Assembly (NCBI GenBank): GCA_963712025.1
Contig: CAVQGJ010000004.1
Coordinates: 49,836-113,835, forward strand
DNA length: 64,000 nucleotides
From: an uncultured Verrucomicrobiae bacterium
Lineage (GTDB): Bacteria > Verrucomicrobiota > Verrucomicrobiia > Palsa-1439
Direction of reading: 5' to 3'
The notes beneath the pieces are model-generated. The model saw only the letters and a list, made by a program, of their open reading frames with translations, did no database searches and was not told the DNA's origin. The translations under genes were made by a program, and so were the position numbers. This document shows positions 61,972 through 64,000 of this stretch, in pieces; positions within the stretch are counted from its first letter, which is position 1, and every line of letters starts with the position of its first letter.

Positions 61972-64000
61972 CTAATCCAATAAGCCCTTCTGCGGGCGCA
62001 GAACAAACAAATCGGCTAGTGCCATTGGTTGCAGGTCATTGTATTCCGTCTGACGCACCTTCATGTATGCCCATGGCTTACCGGTGAGGGTGCTGGCGTT
62101 CTCGCACCACAACCGCGCGGCGCGGTCCTTGTTGACCACGTTCACGTCCTCCAAGCCCTTCGTCTCTATCAGATAATGCACCCCGTCTGCGGCGACAGCT
62201 ACGAAATCGGGCTCATAGTACCGCAAGTTGCTCATATTGTCCGTGTACTCGAACGACGAAGCCGAATTGCTGGGGGAGCTTCGCGAATCGTTCCACGTCG
62301 CCAGCGTTCTGTAGAAAACGGGCAAACTCCCGTTCAAATTCATTGTCGCATGGTACAAGATTAAAGATGCACTTCCGTGCTGCGAATGTCGGGCGTGACC
62401 ATGGGAATGGCGGTGTAGCTGACAGACTGGCGGCCGGCGTTCAGAAGCTGCGGCAGCAATTCTTCGACTACCAACTTCTTCAAGGCATCGTCAAACAGCT
62501 TCACGGTCATGTACACGGCGACGTTGCTGCTGATCGCCTTCACCATGCCCGCCTCCTGTAGATTCACCGTTTCGCCAAAAGCTTTCTTCTCCAAAAACTC
62601 CCGCACCTTCGGCACAAGCGCCGCAAACTGCGATGGCAGCTTCACGTCTTGCGCGATGCGTCGAGCGTAGTAGCCGATGACTTCTTCCGCCGTCTGCGGT
62701 TCGGGAATCGTGTAGTCGCGCTCAAGCATCTTTTCCTGGCTGATGATGTCGTAGCCTTCGTAGTGGAATTGCTGCGCGGCCTTATCGCTTTGCTTGCGGG
62801 GAAGGACCGGACACTTGAACTTCATTACTTCCAGCGCCGCGATTTCTTCCGCTAACGATTTTTTACGGGTCAGAATCGGACTCAGCACTGGCAGCGAAAT
62901 GTCCTTGTCCAACTTCTTTGGATCGGGCGTGATGTTGACGATGACAACCTTGTCTTTGCCAACCTCGAACGTGCCGAACTCCATCCCCTCTTCGTGTTCC
63001 AAATCCTCGACGAACTCGATGAACTTCTTGTTGCCGATCACGTCAACGTGCTCGACGTAACCGGAACCCGTGCCGCGAAACATCAAACGCAATCCGCGCC
63101 CCACCGTTTGCTCCGGCAGGATGTTGGCCTTTGCGGTGTACGGGCGAAGTCCCACGATCACCGTCACCCCTTGTACGTCCCAGCCCTCCCGCAGCATTAA
63201 CACACTGACGATGCAGTTAACCGGGCTCTTTTCATCGTCCACCTCGCGGGACAATTTCCGCGCCGTGTCCAAGTCGGCGTCGGACACCTCGCCAGATTTC
63301 TTGGTGTGAATTGTCACCAGCTTGTCCCCGCCGAATTCCGTCGGATATTTCTTCTGCAACCAATCCGCCACGTCGTCGGCGTCCGCCGTCTCATTCATCA
63401 TCACGAACAGCACCGGCTTCTTGCCGTAAGTCTTCAACTGTTGCCGGTATTCCTTCCACCGCTCGACGCCTGCCGTGAGATACGCCTGGTATCGCGTGCT
63501 GGCAATCTTCGACGGCTGTTCCGTGATGCCCGTCGCAATGCCCTTCAACGGTCGCTTCACCATGTTGTCGATGATGGCCTGCTTCAACGGGTAATCGTAC
63601 ACCGTCCACGAAAACAACTGGCCTTTGGTGTGCCGGGGCGTGGCGGTGAAGTCCAGTTGCGCGGCCAAGCCGTTCGAGACGCCGGCATGAAGGGCGCGGA
63701 TTGTCTTGTTCCACTCGCTGTCTTCGTCGTGCGTATGGTGGGCTTCGTCGTTGAGCACCATGACCGGTCCGCCGCGCTGCGCGATTCGTTTGTCGAAGTC
63801 TTCGATCACCTGCTTGTCCGCCGGCGGTTTCGGGCCAAGCACTGCCGTCATTTCATCGGGTTCATCATCCTGATTGTCTCGGCGCTCGTAGAACTGCTGG
63901 ACGTTCGTGAGGTACAACGCGCCGATTGAACCTGCACGCTCGCTCTCGCCGCGCATGTAACATTGGATGTCACGCCCGAAGATCTCCAACTCCGGCGGAA
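61972..64000 (-). CDS. res: Type III restriction enzyme Res subunit (3' part; frameshifts near 62350 and 62420)
   Basis: LNDEAHH, DFTATP, VLMLREGWDV, EQTVGRGLR, C-terminal YEPDF...LIETKG PD-(D/E)xK nuclease. Confidence 0.88.

Larger units (their letters stand above)
48190..64000. mobile_element. Integrase-anchored defence island (right end outside window)
   Basis: tRNA-adjacent tyrosine integrase followed only by defence genes and remnants (type V-B CRISPR-Cas, AbiE, type III RM). Confidence 0.65.

Overview
Window from a GC-rich bacterium, inferred to be Verrucomicrobiota from an Amuc_1098-1102-like pilus cluster and a PVC-type Cas12b and integrase. Bases 1-47.8 kb are mostly core genome: envelope glycosyltransferases, a hybrid histidine kinase, pepA, purC, secreted C1A/S8/gluzincin-like proteases, a type IV pilus/T2SS-like locus (pilM-N fusion, Amuc_1100-like gene, secretin, pilC, two pilB/gspE, pilT), gatCAB, bamD-lptE, rpsT, ptsN, argS, sufT, nadD-rsfS and an LPS-modification cluster. 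Several REP-like repeats are present, plus a 1.3-kb insertion bounded by a duplicated ptsN 3' end. At 47.8-48.2 kb a tRNA(CAT) is followed by a small GIY-YIG gene and a tRNA pseudo-copy whose anticodon arm is replaced by a hairpin. From 48.2 kb a tyrosine-integrase defence island runs off the window. It holds a large (~1,590 codons), divergent type V-B (Cas12b-like) effector preceded by a 53-codon relic of a different Cas12b N-terminus, then cas4-cas1, cas2, a candidate tracrRNA, a 33-repeat CRISPR array, an AbiE toxin-antitoxin pair and a type III restriction Res gene. Caveats: many genes, housekeeping ones included, carry single-base frameshifts that look like uncorrected long-read errors. 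The CRISPR spacers are almost devoid of homopolymers and may be consensus artefacts. All family assignments are by-eye motif recognition, not database hits.
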